Assembly (NCBI GenBank): GCA_036735985.1
Contig: DAINNH010000003.1
Location: 35,297 to 99,296, forward strand
DNA length: 64,000 bases
Origin: Candidatus Alectryobacillus sp.
GTDB lineage: Bacteria > Bacillota_I > Bacilli_A > RFN20 > CAG-826
Direction: 5' to 3'
The translations under genes and the position numbers were made by a program. The stretch's first letter is position 1, and every line of letters starts with the position of its first letter. Of the stretch, positions 1 to 9,543 are shown in pieces. Below the pieces are notes generated by a model. The model saw only the letters and a program-made list of their open reading frames with translations. It made no database searches and had not been told where the DNA came from.

Positions 1-377
1 GCATAATATTCATTCTCTAATTCTTCAAATTTTAAAATCAAATTACGGACACTTGTTTTGTCTAATAAAATATTTATGTTTTCGTCAAGACCCTCTGAAG
101 AAATAAAATCGTCGAGAAGTTTAGATAACATTTCGGTCCCGCCAACTTCGTCAAAATGGTTTTGCTCTACGAGCATAGAGGCGACACTTGTAATATCAAG
201 TTTGGCTTCGCGTTCATTTAAAGCTTCTAAAGCACCAAAAATATACCTATATTGATTAATAGTAAAATCTTCTTCCTTTAAGGAAGTAAGGACAAATTTA
301 GCAGATGCAGTGTCTGCTAAAGCTGCAGCAATTACAAATCTTTCAGCTTGAACGTTAGCTGGCAATTGACGTGGCAT
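1..377 (-). CDS. dnaB: replicative DNA helicase DnaB, N-terminal part only (gene runs off the left edge)
   Basis: Own translation of the minus strand from ATG at 377 gives MPRQLPANVQAERFVIAAALADTASAKFVLTSLKEEDFTINQYRYIFGALEAL..., a DnaB N-terminal domain pattern. It directly abuts the rplI stop, as in Bacillus-type rplI-dnaB operons. It is absent from the ORF track because it is open at the window edge. Confidence 0.85.
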   Translation of the reverse strand, partial: MPRQLPANVQAERFVIAAALADTASAKFVLTSLKEEDFTINQYRYIFGALEALNEREAKLDITSVASMLVEQNHFDEVGGTEMLSKLLDDFISSEGLDENINILLDKTSVRNLILKFEELENEYY

Positions 378-827
378 TTATTTTTCCTCGCTGACATGAA
401 CTTTAATATTAGCAATAACACCCTTATATAATTCAATTTCCAAATTAGTAATACCAAAAGCATTAATTAAAGCGGTCGAAACAATTTTGCGCTTATCAAC
501 TTTAATACCGTATTTAGCAAGCAGTTCCGCTTCGACTTGCTTATAAGAAATCGTTCCACACATTCTTCCATCTTTCGAACTTTTCACTTTGAACTCAAGT
601 TGAATTTTACTTAAAGTATCTTTAAGAACAATGGCTTGTTGTTTTAGTTCTTCTTGTTTCTTTGCTTCATCTTCTTGTTTTTTCTTTAATTCTTGAATAT
701 TAGAATCTGTAAATGTAACGGCTAATTTATGTGGGATTAAATAGTTTGAACCATAGCCATCTTTAACTTCAACTACTTGATCTTTTTTGCCAATACCCTT
801 TACATCAGTTAATAAAATTACTTTCAT
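378..827 (-). CDS. rplI: 50S ribosomal protein L9
   Basis: 149 aa starting MKVILLTDVKGIGKKDQVVEVKDGYGSNYLIPHKLAV, a typical L9 N-terminus. Conserved gdpP-rplI-dnaB context. Confidence 0.95.
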   Translation of the reverse strand: MKVILLTDVKGIGKKDQVVEVKDGYGSNYLIPHKLAVTFTDSNIQELKKKQEDEAKKQEELKQQAIVLKDTLSKIQLEFKVKSSKDGRMCGTISYKQVEAELLAKYGIKVDKRKIVSTALINAFGITNLEIELYKGVIANIKVHVSEEK

Positions 828-2878
828 TATATTTTTCCTCCTATGCCACCGGCATGTTCACTTGTAGATTTTGCTTCATCTAATAAGTTTTTAATTGTTG
901 TATTTAAAACATCTTCGGCTTGTGTCATTGTATAGTCGTGTAAAACACTCGCAGCAATTGAGAAGTGACCACCGCCGCTTCCGATTTGTTCACAAATTAA
1001 TTGCACGTTGATGGTGCCATCACTACGAGCTGATATTTTAATTTCGTTTGGCCCAGTTTTGCCTAAAACAAACGAAGCGTTAATTCCTTTCATAGAAATA
1101 CATTCGTTAGCAACTTTTGATAAAATAACAGGATCGACCATTAAGTCATCTGGAGCCATACAATAAACAACACCTGTATCGGAAACCTTCATTGTTGTTA
1201 ATATCTTGGTAATTAAAGCACGTTCTTCATAATCATCTTTCAAGAAATTATCGGCTGCAATATTATCAGCTCCGAATCTTCTTAAAATCATAGAAGCTTC
1301 GAAAGTACGTGCTCCTGTTGAAGTAGAACGATAGAAGTTTGTATCAACAAAAATTCCAGCCAACATCAAAGTTGCATAATTTGGTGGCACCGTTATTGGT
1401 GGATTCGCTGGTGAATATTGAATTAAATCTGTAACTAATTCAGATGCACTCGATGCACTAGATTCAATATAAGTAAAAATAGCATTATCCATAAATTCTT
1501 CGCTACGACGATGGTGGTCGATAATAGCAACTTTAGTAGCAGCTTCAACTACATCTTTCGACAAAGCTAAACTTAAACGATGAAAATCGGCGCAAATCAC
1601 AAGCGTTTTCATATTAATAAGGTTGAGAGCATCTTTTGGTGAAACAAAAATTTCTTTAAACTCTTCTTTTGAAAATATACTCGAAACCGCCAAACGGGCT
1701 TTTTTCTCAACACTGCCAAAATCAAAAACCACTTTCGATGGAACTTTTAAGGCATTACACATCGCCTTAATACCTAAACAAGAACCGACAGAATCCATAT
1801 CTGAAACAGCATGACCAATTATGATGACATTAGGACTGCCTTTAATAAAACTATTTAAAGAGTTCGATAGTAAACGAACCTTAATTTTGTTTTTCTTTTC
1901 AATGGCTTCAGTTTTGCCACCAAAAAACTTTAAATCAACACCGCTTTTATCAACAACAACTTGGTCACCACCACGTGAAATAGCCATTTCAAGAGCATCA
2001 TTTGCTTTTTCATTTAACTTAGATGGGCCTGGATAATCATGCGCAAAGCCAATTGACAAAGTTAATGAAACTTTATCTTCATTTGTTTGCGAACGAACTA
2101 TATCAAGGATTTCAAAACTATTTTCTTCGAGTTTAACAAGAGAATTATAATTGCAAACCGCAAAATATGAATCGTTTTTAAAACGACGTAATAAAACACC
2201 ATAGGATTTAAAATAGTCAAGAATTTTAGTACGAACAGTTGCAACTAGGTCGCTTGATTCGGCTTCGTCTTCTGTTCCAGCAAATTCAGCCAAGTTATCA
2301 ATCATAATGATACCCAAGACCATTTGTTGTTCTTTAGAATAATCAAGAAGATTATCATATTCAGTCGTATCTTTAAAGAAATAGACGCCAGCTGATTGAA
2401 TAAAACTAACATCAAACGAACGATCTTTATATGATACTTTAACTGTGCTTTCACTATTTGTAACGTTTTGTAAATCTTTAAGCTTTGGGAAAATCTCTAA
2501 AGTATTCTTATCAACTAAATTTGAATCGAGTTGATTCATTGTTTCGTTGTTCCATAAAATTGTGTTTGAATCATCAACAACTAAAATTCCAAGTTGTGAA
2601 AATTCAAAAGATTCTTCAATATTTTCGCCGAACATTTGTTCGGTGACTAAGTTATTGGAATTTCTTTTCTTTGCGATGATAATCGAAAATGCGAAAATTA
2701 ATATGGCATTAATGCCTATGCATCCAAACAAACAATCAAAAACAATATGAATTGTTAAAGATGTTTGCAAATTAAAAATATTATAAACGTAAAGTAAATA
2801 AAGGGTAAGAACTGCTGAAATTTCTAAAATTGTCCAAATGAACAACGAGATGCTAACTCTCTTTAAAGTTTTTAACAT
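827..2878 (-). CDS. gdpP: GdpP-like DHH/DHHA1 phosphodiesterase (c-di-AMP phosphodiesterase family)
   Basis: 683 aa with two N-terminal TM helices and a degenerate GGDEF-like middle region. DHH motif (IDHHRRS) and DHHA1 motif (GSGGGHFSIAA) are present. Same position as B. subtilis yybT/gdpP. Its stop overlaps the rplI ATG by 1 nt. Confidence 0.85.
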   Translation of the reverse strand: MLKTLKRVSISLFIWTILEISAVLTLYLLYVYNIFNLQTSLTIHIVFDCLFGCIGINAILIFAFSIIIAKKRNSNNLVTEQMFGENIEESFEFSQLGILVVDDSNTILWNNETMNQLDSNLVDKNTLEIFPKLKDLQNVTNSESTVKVSYKDRSFDVSFIQSAGVYFFKDTTEYDNLLDYSKEQQMVLGIIMIDNLAEFAGTEDEAESSDLVATVRTKILDYFKSYGVLLRRFKNDSYFAVCNYNSLVKLEENSFEILDIVRSQTNEDKVSLTLSIGFAHDYPGPSKLNEKANDALEMAISRGGDQVVVDKSGVDLKFFGGKTEAIEKKNKIKVRLLSNSLNSFIKGSPNVIIIGHAVSDMDSVGSCLGIKAMCNALKVPSKVVFDFGSVEKKARLAVSSIFSKEEFKEIFVSPKDALNLINMKTLVICADFHRLSLALSKDVVEAATKVAIIDHHRRSEEFMDNAIFTYIESSASSASELVTDLIQYSPANPPITVPPNYATLMLAGIFVDTNFYRSTSTGARTFEASMILRRFGADNIAADNFLKDDYEERALITKILTTMKVSDTGVVYCMAPDDLMVDPVILSKVANECISMKGINASFVLGKTGPNEIKISARSDGTINVQLICEQIGSGGGHFSIAASVLHDYTMTQAEDVLNTTIKNLLDEAKSTSEHAGGIGGKI

Positions 2879-2918
2879 GTCTTTATTATATTATGCTTTT
2901 ATAAATAATAAAAGCATA
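2879..2918 (-). promoter_or_regulatory. putative gdpP promoter (-10 TATAAT at 2890-2885, 6 nt before the ATG) with an adjacent 10-bp inverted repeat
   Basis: Minus strand reads GCATAATATAATAAAGAC-ATG. The inverted repeat TATGCTTTTA (2892-2901) / TAAAAGCATA (2909-2918) has a 7-nt spacer and covers the spacer/-35 region. Confidence 0.45.
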
Positions 2919-2923
2919 CAAGC

Positions 2924-2952
2924 ATAAAAAATAGCCCTGCTTGAGCAGGGCT
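2924..2952 (-). terminator. rho-independent terminator after rpsR
   Basis: Stem AGCCCTGC (2933-2940) / GCAGGGCT (2945-2952) with loop TTGA. On the minus strand it is followed by ATTTTTTA. Confidence 0.7.
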
Positions 2953-2973
2953 ATATTGTTTTTTGATCACTTA

Positions 2974-3198
2974 TTACTCAGAAACGAATGGTAATAAAGC
3001 CATATATCTAGCTTTCTTAATGGCACTAGCTAATTCTCTTTGATGTTTAGCACAGGTACCAGTAAGGCTGCGAGCAGCAATTCTACCGTTTTGAGAAATG
3101 AACTTAGAAAGAAGTTCGACATCTTTGTAATCAATATATTTCTTATTTGATTTGCAGAAGATACAAACCTTTTTGCGTGGTCTCATTTTTTTAAACAT
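2974..3198 (-). CDS. rpsR: 30S ribosomal protein S18
   Basis: 74 aa. The sequence [24 protein letters not shown]...GRI is typical of S18. It lies in an rpsF-ssb-rpsR operon. Confidence 0.95.
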   Translation of the reverse strand: MFKKMRPRKKVCIFCKSNKKYIDYKDVELLSKFISQNGRIAARSLTGTCAKHQRELASAIKKARYMALLPFVSE

Positions 3199-3209
3199 GT
3201 TTTTTCTCC

Positions 3210-3641
3210 TTAAAATGGAAGATCATCTTGGGTGACATCACCAATTGTATTGGTTTCTTCATCCATTGAGCCTTCTTCATTTGAACCAGCATTTGCTGAT
3301 GCTCCGGCATTGTCTCCGCTACCCTTTGGCGTTAAGAATTCAACGTTTGTACAGATAACCTCAACCACTTGAACATTAGCTCCGCTATTATTCTTATAGG
3401 ATCTTTGATTGAGTCGACCTTGGACACCAATCAAACTTCCTTTTTTTGTAAACTTAACAATATTATCCGCAAGAGCGTTCCAAGCAACACAATTAATAAA
3501 ACTTGTGGTCTTTTGGCCGTCTTGTGAACGAACAGCATTATCAACAGCGACTGTAAAACTAGCAACAGAAGCATTATTTTGAGTTTTTCTTAGTTCTGGA
3601 TTTCTTGTTAATCTACCGACTAAAACTACACTGTTAATCAT
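3210..3641 (-). CDS. ssb: single-stranded DNA-binding protein
   Basis: 143 aa. OB-fold N-terminus [20 protein letters not shown], an acidic tail, and the canonical C-terminal DDLPF tip. Confidence 0.95.
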   Translation of the reverse strand: MINSVVLVGRLTRNPELRKTQNNASVASFTVAVDNAVRSQDGQKTTSFINCVAWNALADNIVKFTKKGSLIGVQGRLNQRSYKNNSGANVQVVEVICTNVEFLTPKGSGDNAGASANAGSNEEGSMDEETNTIGDVTQDDLPF

Positions 3642-3658
3642 ATCAACGCTCCTTTAAA

Positions 3659-3946
3659 TTAATCTTGATCGACTGTAATTAAATGACGAAGCATGACTGG
3701 ATTGAATGAAGCGTGACGTTTGAATTCGCTTGTTGCGGTAACATCTGCTTCAACTTTGATAACGACATAGTAACCTTTAGTTTCCTTTTTAATAGGATAA
3801 GCTAAATCTCTTAATCCCCATTCATTGACATTGGTAATTTTTGCACCATTGTCAGTTAAGATTTTGTGGATGGATTCGATGGCAGCTTTACGAGCGGCTT
3901 CATCAAGAGTTGGTCTTAAAATGTACATTATTTCGTATTTTTTCAT
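3659..3946 (-). CDS. rpsF: 30S ribosomal protein S6
   Basis: 95 aa starting MKKYEIMYILRP, a typical S6 start. Strong SD (AAAGGAGGAAAAG) upstream on the minus strand. Confidence 0.95.
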   Translation of the reverse strand: MKKYEIMYILRPTLDEAARKAAIESIHKILTDNGAKITNVNEWGLRDLAYPIKKETKGYYVVIKVEADVTATSEFKRHASFNPVMLRHLITVDQD

Positions 3947-4052
3947 GACACTTTTCCTCCTTTGGACTTTTGGCTATTATTTTCTAATAGCAGGACGCAT
4001 TATAAATAATGCTTTAATATTGTATATTAAAAACATAAATTAGTCAAAAAAC

Positions 4053-4090
4053 ATTTAAAAAAACACCTCCTACTAAATAAGTGGGAGGTG
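4053..4090 (-). terminator. rho-independent terminator after lysS
   Basis: Stem CACCTCCTAC (4064-4073) / GTGGGAGGTG (4081-4090), 9 of 10 positions paired. On the minus strand it is followed by a long T run (plus-strand A run 4055-4063). Confidence 0.7.
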
Positions 4091-4113
4091 AATTTAAAAT
4101 TTCCAGAAAAATT

Positions 4114-5595
4114 TTATCTATCTTTCATCGTTGGGAAGAGAATAACATCGCGAATTGATGCGCTGCCTGTTAAGAACATAACAAGACGATCAATTCCCAT
4201 ACCAATGCCACCAGTAGGAGGCATACCATATTCAAGAGCTTCAACGAAGTCTTCATCCATTTGACAAGCTTCATCATCACCTAAAGCTTTTGCCTTTAAT
4301 TGTTCTTCAAATCTCTCTCTTTGATCAATAGGGTCATTTAATTCACTATAGGCATTAGCAAATTCACAACCTCCAATATAAAGTTCAAATCTTTCGGTGA
4401 AACGTGGATCTTTCGATTTCTTAGTCAATGGCGATATTTCAATTGGATGTCCATAAACAAACGTTGGTTGAATAAGCTCGTCTTCACAGAACGTTTCAAA
4501 GAACGCATTTAAGATATGCCCGACACCAGTCATGTGTGGTTCAAGTGGAACATGTTTTTCAGCAGCAAGTTTTTTGGCTTCTTCAAAAGTAATATTTGAA
4601 GTAAAATCAATACCAGTTTTTTCTTTTACTAGTTCAGCCATTGAGACCCATTTGAAAGGCTTAGAAATATCAATTTCATTGCCATTCCAAGTTATTTTTT
4701 CAGTTTTAATGACTTCTGTCGCAGCTGTACGAATTACATTTTCACAAATGTCAGCCATAGATTTTAAGTCACCAAAAGCTTGATAAAGTTCAACTGTTGT
4801 AAATTCAGGATTATGCTTTGTGTCCATTCCTTCATTACGGAATAAACGTCCAAATTCATACACTCTTTCAAGACCGCCTACAATTAAACGTTTTAATGGT
4901 AATTCGGTTGCAATTCTTAAGTAAAAATCTTTATCGAGAGCATTATGATGAGTAACAAATGGTTTAGCATTAGCTCCACCTAAAATAGGTTGAAGGACAC
5001 TTGTTTCAACTTCAACAAAACCCAAAGAATCGAAATATCTTTGCATTGAACGAACAATTTGTGGACGAAGCAATGCCACTTTCTTTGAATCCTCATTCAT
5101 GATTAAATCAAGATAACGACGACGGTATCTTTCTTCTGTATCAGTTAACCCATGATATTTTTCAGGTAAAACTTTTAATGATTTCGTAAGGAATGTGTAT
5201 TTTTCAACACGAATCGTAAGCTCGCCTGTTCTAGTTTTCATAACACGTCCATATAAACCAACGATATCTCCGATATCTGTAAGTTTATAAACAGCATATG
5301 ATTCTTCTCCAATAACATCTTTACCAATATAAGCTTGAATATTTCCAAACTTGTCTTGAATATCGATAAATGCGGCCTTTCCCATGCATCTATTTTGCAT
5401 AACACGACCAGAAACAGTTACATATATTTGTTTTTCAGTTAATTCATCATTTGTTAAAGCTTCACACTTTTGATGTACTGTTTCTGATGTATCAGTTCGG
5501 TCAAAACGAGATCCATAAGGATCAACACCTAATTCTCTTAATTTTACGAGTTTCTCACGGCGGATCAACTCTTGGTCATTTAATTCTTCTGACAT
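4114..5595 (-). CDS. lysS: lysine--tRNA ligase, class II
   Basis: 493 aa with an OB anticodon-binding N-domain and class II motifs (FRNEG..., GGIGMGIDRLVM). Bacillus-like dus-lysS neighbourhood. Confidence 0.95.
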   Translation of the reverse strand: MSEELNDQELIRREKLVKLRELGVDPYGSRFDRTDTSETVHQKCEALTNDELTEKQIYVTVSGRVMQNRCMGKAAFIDIQDKFGNIQAYIGKDVIGEESYAVYKLTDIGDIVGLYGRVMKTRTGELTIRVEKYTFLTKSLKVLPEKYHGLTDTEERYRRRYLDLIMNEDSKKVALLRPQIVRSMQRYFDSLGFVEVETSVLQPILGGANAKPFVTHHNALDKDFYLRIATELPLKRLIVGGLERVYEFGRLFRNEGMDTKHNPEFTTVELYQAFGDLKSMADICENVIRTAATEVIKTEKITWNGNEIDISKPFKWVSMAELVKEKTGIDFTSNITFEEAKKLAAEKHVPLEPHMTGVGHILNAFFETFCEDELIQPTFVYGHPIEISPLTKKSKDPRFTERFELYIGGCEFANAYSELNDPIDQRERFEEQLKAKALGDDEACQMDEDFVEALEYGMPPTGGIGMGIDRLVMFLTGSASIRDVILFPTMKDR

Positions 5596-5876
5596 ACTAC
5601 TACCCCTTTAAATACTTAATTATTCTACTATAAAAATAGCAGTTTTAATATAAATCTTTGATATTGATGATATTTATAATATCATCTTACAAAAACTAAT
5701 AATACCTATTAATGAAATCGCTTTTCATTATTAAAATATTAAACGTGTAAATATCAAAATAATTAATTTTCAATATAAAACATTTCTTTTAAACTATAAC
5801 TATTTATTTTTAGACATTATCAGTTAAATTGATTAAAATCGCCAAACATGTTAGTATAAAATAACAGAAGAAAAAT

Positions 5877-6317
5877 ATGACATCTGGTAATTCAAGTTTT
5901 AATATATTATTTAAAGCTGTTAATGACGTTATTTCAGGAAGTAACAAGAAGAGAATTTTTCTTTCTATTTATTGTGGAATTTTAGTTTGTTTGAGTGTTT
6001 TCTTAATATACCAAGGTTCCCTTGGTCTAGGATATGCTTCAAACACCAATCATATTGTTAATTTAATTAATAATTTTGTTGGTGGGTTGATTGCTATTAT
6101 TGTTGGCATTTTGTTTTTTGTTCCAACATTTATTAGTCAGTTAACAATGCTTTTTGTTCTTCCAAAAGCATATTCTAAATTTTCAAAACGTAACCAACTT
6201 AACGAGGAAGAAAAAGCTCACGCAGATAACACTAATCCATTATCCGCACTAATAATCAATACAATATTCTTTGTTGGCGAAATAATTCTTGGGATTTTAT
6301 TCTTTACAATCTTATAA
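5877..6317 (+). CDS. hypothetical small membrane protein
   Basis: 146 aa with 3-4 hydrophobic helices. Has its own promoter-like elements (TTGATT 5829-5834, TAGTAT 5852-5857) and a terminator. No family recognised. Confidence 0.6.
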   Translation: MTSGNSSFNILFKAVNDVISGSNKKRIFLSIYCGILVCLSVFLIYQGSLGLGYASNTNHIVNLINNFVGGLIAIIVGILFFVPTFISQLTMLFVLPKAYSKFSKRNQLNEEEKAHADNTNPLSALIINTIFFVGEIILGILFFTIL

Positions 6318-6341
6318 ATCAATTTTTATTTCACTACTAAT

Positions 6342-6368
6342 AAAGGCTCGAATTATTCGAGCCTTTTT
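6342..6368 (+). terminator. bidirectional rho-independent terminator (hypothetical gene / dus)
   Basis: Stem GGCTCGAA (6345-6352) / TTCGAGCC (6356-6363). T run at 6364-6368 and an A run upstream. Confidence 0.75.
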
Positions 6369-6372
6369 CATT

Positions 6373-7344
6373 TTAAATATTTAAAATATTAATTATATCT
6401 TCACGTGTTTTAATAGTCATCGAAAGTCTCTGCCGTATAGTTTTTGAATTTTCGAAACTTGCAAAGAAATGAGGCGCAATACCTCTTAATAGCCTAACAG
6501 CAAGTTCTTCTCCCTTTTCGGCAATTAATTTATCCATATATTCTAGTAAATATGCTTTTTGTTCATCAAAATTCTTTGCAGAACTAAGATATTTTGGAAT
6601 AAATAAGCCATTGATGTCTTTTACTAGATTTGGATTGCCAACACCGCCCCTTGCAACCGCAACAGCATCACATTTTGTAATTTCAAAAGCTTTTTTAGCA
6701 TCATCAACGCTAAAAATATCGCCAGATACAACTACAGGAATTTTAACAACTTTTTTAATATCTTTAATTGCATCATAATTAGCTTTTCCGGTATAGCCTT
6801 GTTTTGTTGTACGGCAATGAATCGTTATTAAAGAAACACCAGATTCTTCTAAGATCTTAGCAATTTCGTAAACATTTATAGAATTATCGTCCCAACCTAA
6901 TCGAATTTTAGCACTAACAGGTTTTGAAGAAGTATTAACAACTTCAGCTACCATATCGCGGAGATCGCTAGGTCTTTTAAGCCAAGATGACCCGCCATTA
7001 TTTCTTGTAACCTTATAAACAGGACATCCTAAATTAAGGTCCAAAATGTCATAATGAAGATCCATTTTCTCTAGAATTTTTATTGCTTCACAAAGTTTCT
7101 CTTTAGATCCTCCAAATAATTGAATACCATAACAATGTTCTTTATTATTCGTATAAAGAAGTTTTGTTGTTTCTTCATTACCATAAATTAAGCCACAATC
7201 GGATATCATTTCAGAATACTCAATAGCTGTCCCAAATTTAGACATAAAATCTCTATAAGCAAAAGAAGTTATGCCCGCCATTGGGGCGAGCACAACTTTA
7301 CTTTTTGAAAATATTGTATCGAAATTTAACTTACTTTTTTTCAT
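6373..7344 (-). CDS. dus: tRNA-dihydrouridine synthase
   Basis: The VLAPMAGITSFAYR motif and a TIM-barrel Dus pattern (HCRT) are present. I prefer the ATG at 7344 (MKKSKLNFD...). The ORF-track start at 7413 would run 83 nt into ftsH. Confidence 0.85.
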   Translation of the reverse strand: MKKSKLNFDTIFSKSKVVLAPMAGITSFAYRDFMSKFGTAIEYSEMISDCGLIYGNEETTKLLYTNNKEHCYGIQLFGGSKEKLCEAIKILEKMDLHYDILDLNLGCPVYKVTRNNGGSSWLKRPSDLRDMVAEVVNTSSKPVSAKIRLGWDDNSINVYEIAKILEESGVSLITIHCRTTKQGYTGKANYDAIKDIKKVVKIPVVVSGDIFSVDDAKKAFEITKCDAVAVARGGVGNPNLVKDINGLFIPKYLSSAKNFDEQKAYLLEYMDKLIAEKGEELAVRLLRGIAPHFFASFENSKTIRQRLSMTIKTREDIINILNI

Positions 7345-9454
7345 CGGGTTGAGATTCGTTAGGTTTTTCAGCTTCTGGAGTCTCATTTGATACTTCAGTT
7401 TTTGGCTCTTCATTTGTTTTTTCTTCTTTTATTTTTTCTCCAAAACTGATTGGTTTGACAAAGCCGTCGAGATTACGATTCTTAATTAGGTATTCAATTT
7501 CTTCAGCAGTAATCGTTTCTCTTTGAAGAAGAGTATTTGCAATAAGTTCAACATCATCTTTATATTCAGTTAAATATTTCTTAGCATCTTCGTGCGCATC
7601 ATCAATAATTTTACGAATTTCTTTATCGATTTCTTTAGCAACATCACTTGAGAAATTGCGTTGTGAAGAAGTATAATCACGGCCTAAGAAAACGTTTCCG
7701 CCTGGTTTTTCATATTGAATAGGTCCTAAAGAAGACATACCATATTCAACAACCATGCTACGAGCAATTTGAGTTGCAACTTCAATATCTTGATAGGCGC
7801 CAGTTGAAATATCATCAAAGAATATCTCTTCACTTGTTCGACCTCCAAGATAACTAACAATACGAGCAATTAATTGCCTTTTCGTATAATTGTAAACATC
7901 GTGGTCAGGAGTAATTAAGACATGTCCTCCAGTATCACCGCGTGGAATAATTGTAATTCTTTGAACTTTATCAGAATCTGGGAAACGAATGCCAAGGACA
8001 GCGTGGCCAGCTTCATGATAAGCAGTTCTTCTCTTTTCGTCATCACTCATTGAATGTGAAGATTTGGCTGGACCTGCAATACGACGATCAATAGCTTCAT
8101 CTATTAATTCGGTTGTAATTTTTGGAACATTATAACGAACTGATAAAATAGCCGCATCATTTAATATCGTTGCAATATCAGCACCAGTAAAACCAACAGT
8201 TCTCTTAGCTAAATTTTCAAAATTAACATTTGAATCAATTTGCTTATTACGAGCATGAACTTTAAAGATTGCTTCACGACCCTTTAAATCTGGAGCCGAA
8301 ACGGTAATTTTTCTATCAAAACGGCCAGCACGTAACAAAGCTGGGTCAAGAACATCATCACGGTTTGTTGCGGCAATAACTAATATACCTGTATTTTCTT
8401 CAAAACCATCCATTTCAACAAGTAATTGGTTAAGTGTTTGTTCACGTTCATCGTTACCACCACCTAGACCAGCACCTCTTTGACGACCAACAGCATCGAT
8501 TTCATCAATAAAGACCAAACATGGTGCGTTTTGTTTTGCTGTTCTAAACATATCACGAACACGTCCAGCGCCAACACCAACGAACATTTCAACAAAGTCA
8601 GAACCTGAAATTGAATAGAATGGGACATTTGCTTCGCCAGCAACTGCCTTTGCAAGTAACGTTTTACCAGTGCCAGGGGCGCCAACTAACAAAATACCTT
8701 TTGGAAGTTTTGCACCAGAGCTTTTATATTTTCCAGGATTTTTTAAATAATCTACGAGTTCAGCCATTTCAACTTTTTCTTCATCACAACCAGCAACATC
8801 TGAAAAATGAACATTCGATTTATCAATACGACGTGCGCGTGATTTATTGAAATCCATCGCTTGTTTATTACTGCCTGAAACACTTCCGGACAACATTCTA
8901 ATAAGGATGAAACCAGCACCGCATAAAACAATAATAAAGATAATATTAGGCAATAACGATAAGAAAACATCCTCTTTATAAATTTGAGAAGATTTAACAC
9001 CTAAAACATCGTTGTGTTGAATGAAATATGCATCATTAGAATACTTACTTGAAGATTTGAGAAAATTATAATTGAAATAGGAATTAATTGAATAATCTCC
9101 ATCAACATACCACTCGACTTTATCATTAATTTTGTATTGAGCATTATAATAGTCATATATGGTTGTCGTATAAACGAATTTACTGACATTAGTAGCTGTT
9201 AATCCACCTTTAGCAGTATCGCTTGAAGTGTAATAACCTTGAACTGTAATAATTTGACCATTAACTTCTTCACCAATACTCAAAATTTCTTTGTTCAAAG
9301 CAATTTGATTATCAGTATTTAAAATATCGCGAAGTGTCCATTTAGTGGCCTTTGTAGAAGTCAGGTTCACAAAAAACCAGATCATTACTCCTATAAAGAT
9401 CATTATTAAGAAACTTACAACGACTTTCATCCAATTTACTTTCTTTTCTTGCAT
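7331..9454 (-). CDS. ftsH: ATP-dependent zinc metalloprotease FtsH
   Basis: 707 aa with two TM helices, AAA+ Walker [18 protein letters not shown], and zinc motif HEAGHA. Confidence 0.95.
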   Translation of the reverse strand: MQEKKVNWMKVVVSFLIMIFIGVMIWFFVNLTSTKATKWTLRDILNTDNQIALNKEILSIGEEVNGQIITVQGYYTSSDTAKGGLTATNVSKFVYTTTIYDYYNAQYKINDKVEWYVDGDYSINSYFNYNFLKSSSKYSNDAYFIQHNDVLGVKSSQIYKEDVFLSLLPNIIFIIVLCGAGFILIRMLSGSVSGSNKQAMDFNKSRARRIDKSNVHFSDVAGCDEEKVEMAELVDYLKNPGKYKSSGAKLPKGILLVGAPGTGKTLLAKAVAGEANVPFYSISGSDFVEMFVGVGAGRVRDMFRTAKQNAPCLVFIDEIDAVGRQRGAGLGGGNDEREQTLNQLLVEMDGFEENTGILVIAATNRDDVLDPALLRAGRFDRKITVSAPDLKGREAIFKVHARNKQIDSNVNFENLAKRTVGFTGADIATILNDAAILSVRYNVPKITTELIDEAIDRRIAGPAKSSHSMSDDEKRRTAYHEAGHAVLGIRFPDSDKVQRITIIPRGDTGGHVLITPDHDVYNYTKRQLIARIVSYLGGRTSEEIFFDDISTGAYQDIEVATQIARSMVVEYGMSSLGPIQYEKPGGNVFLGRDYTSSQRNFSSDVAKEIDKEIRKIIDDAHEDAKKYLTEYKDDVELIANTLLQRETITAEEIEYLIKNRNLDGFVKPISFGEKIKEEKTNEEPKTEVSNETPEAEKPNESQPDEKK

Positions 9455-9484
9455 TTATTTAACCTTCCTTTATCTTTTAAAAAC

Positions 9485-9512
9485 AATTTTATCTAAAGAT
9501 AAAATTATTATA
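9485..9512 (-). promoter_or_regulatory. putative ftsH -10 box followed immediately by a 10-bp inverted repeat
   Basis: Minus-strand TATAAT at 9512-9507 is followed by AATTTTATCT-TT-AGATAAAATT (plus-strand arms 9485-9494 and 9497-9506). Confidence 0.35.
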
Positions 9513-9543
9513 TATTACCAAGTCACAAATATAAAATAAAATA

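Noticed and set aside
58-255. 65-aa plus-strand ORF at the left edge.
   Set aside because: It is antisense to the clearly recognisable dnaB N-terminal coding region.
5596-5876. Looked for a T-box leader or riboswitch upstream of lysS, and likewise for serS at 43225.
   Set aside because: I saw no specifier or T-box sequence (no GGTGGTACCGCG-like element) and no long structured leader. serS starts 4 nt after the preceding gene.
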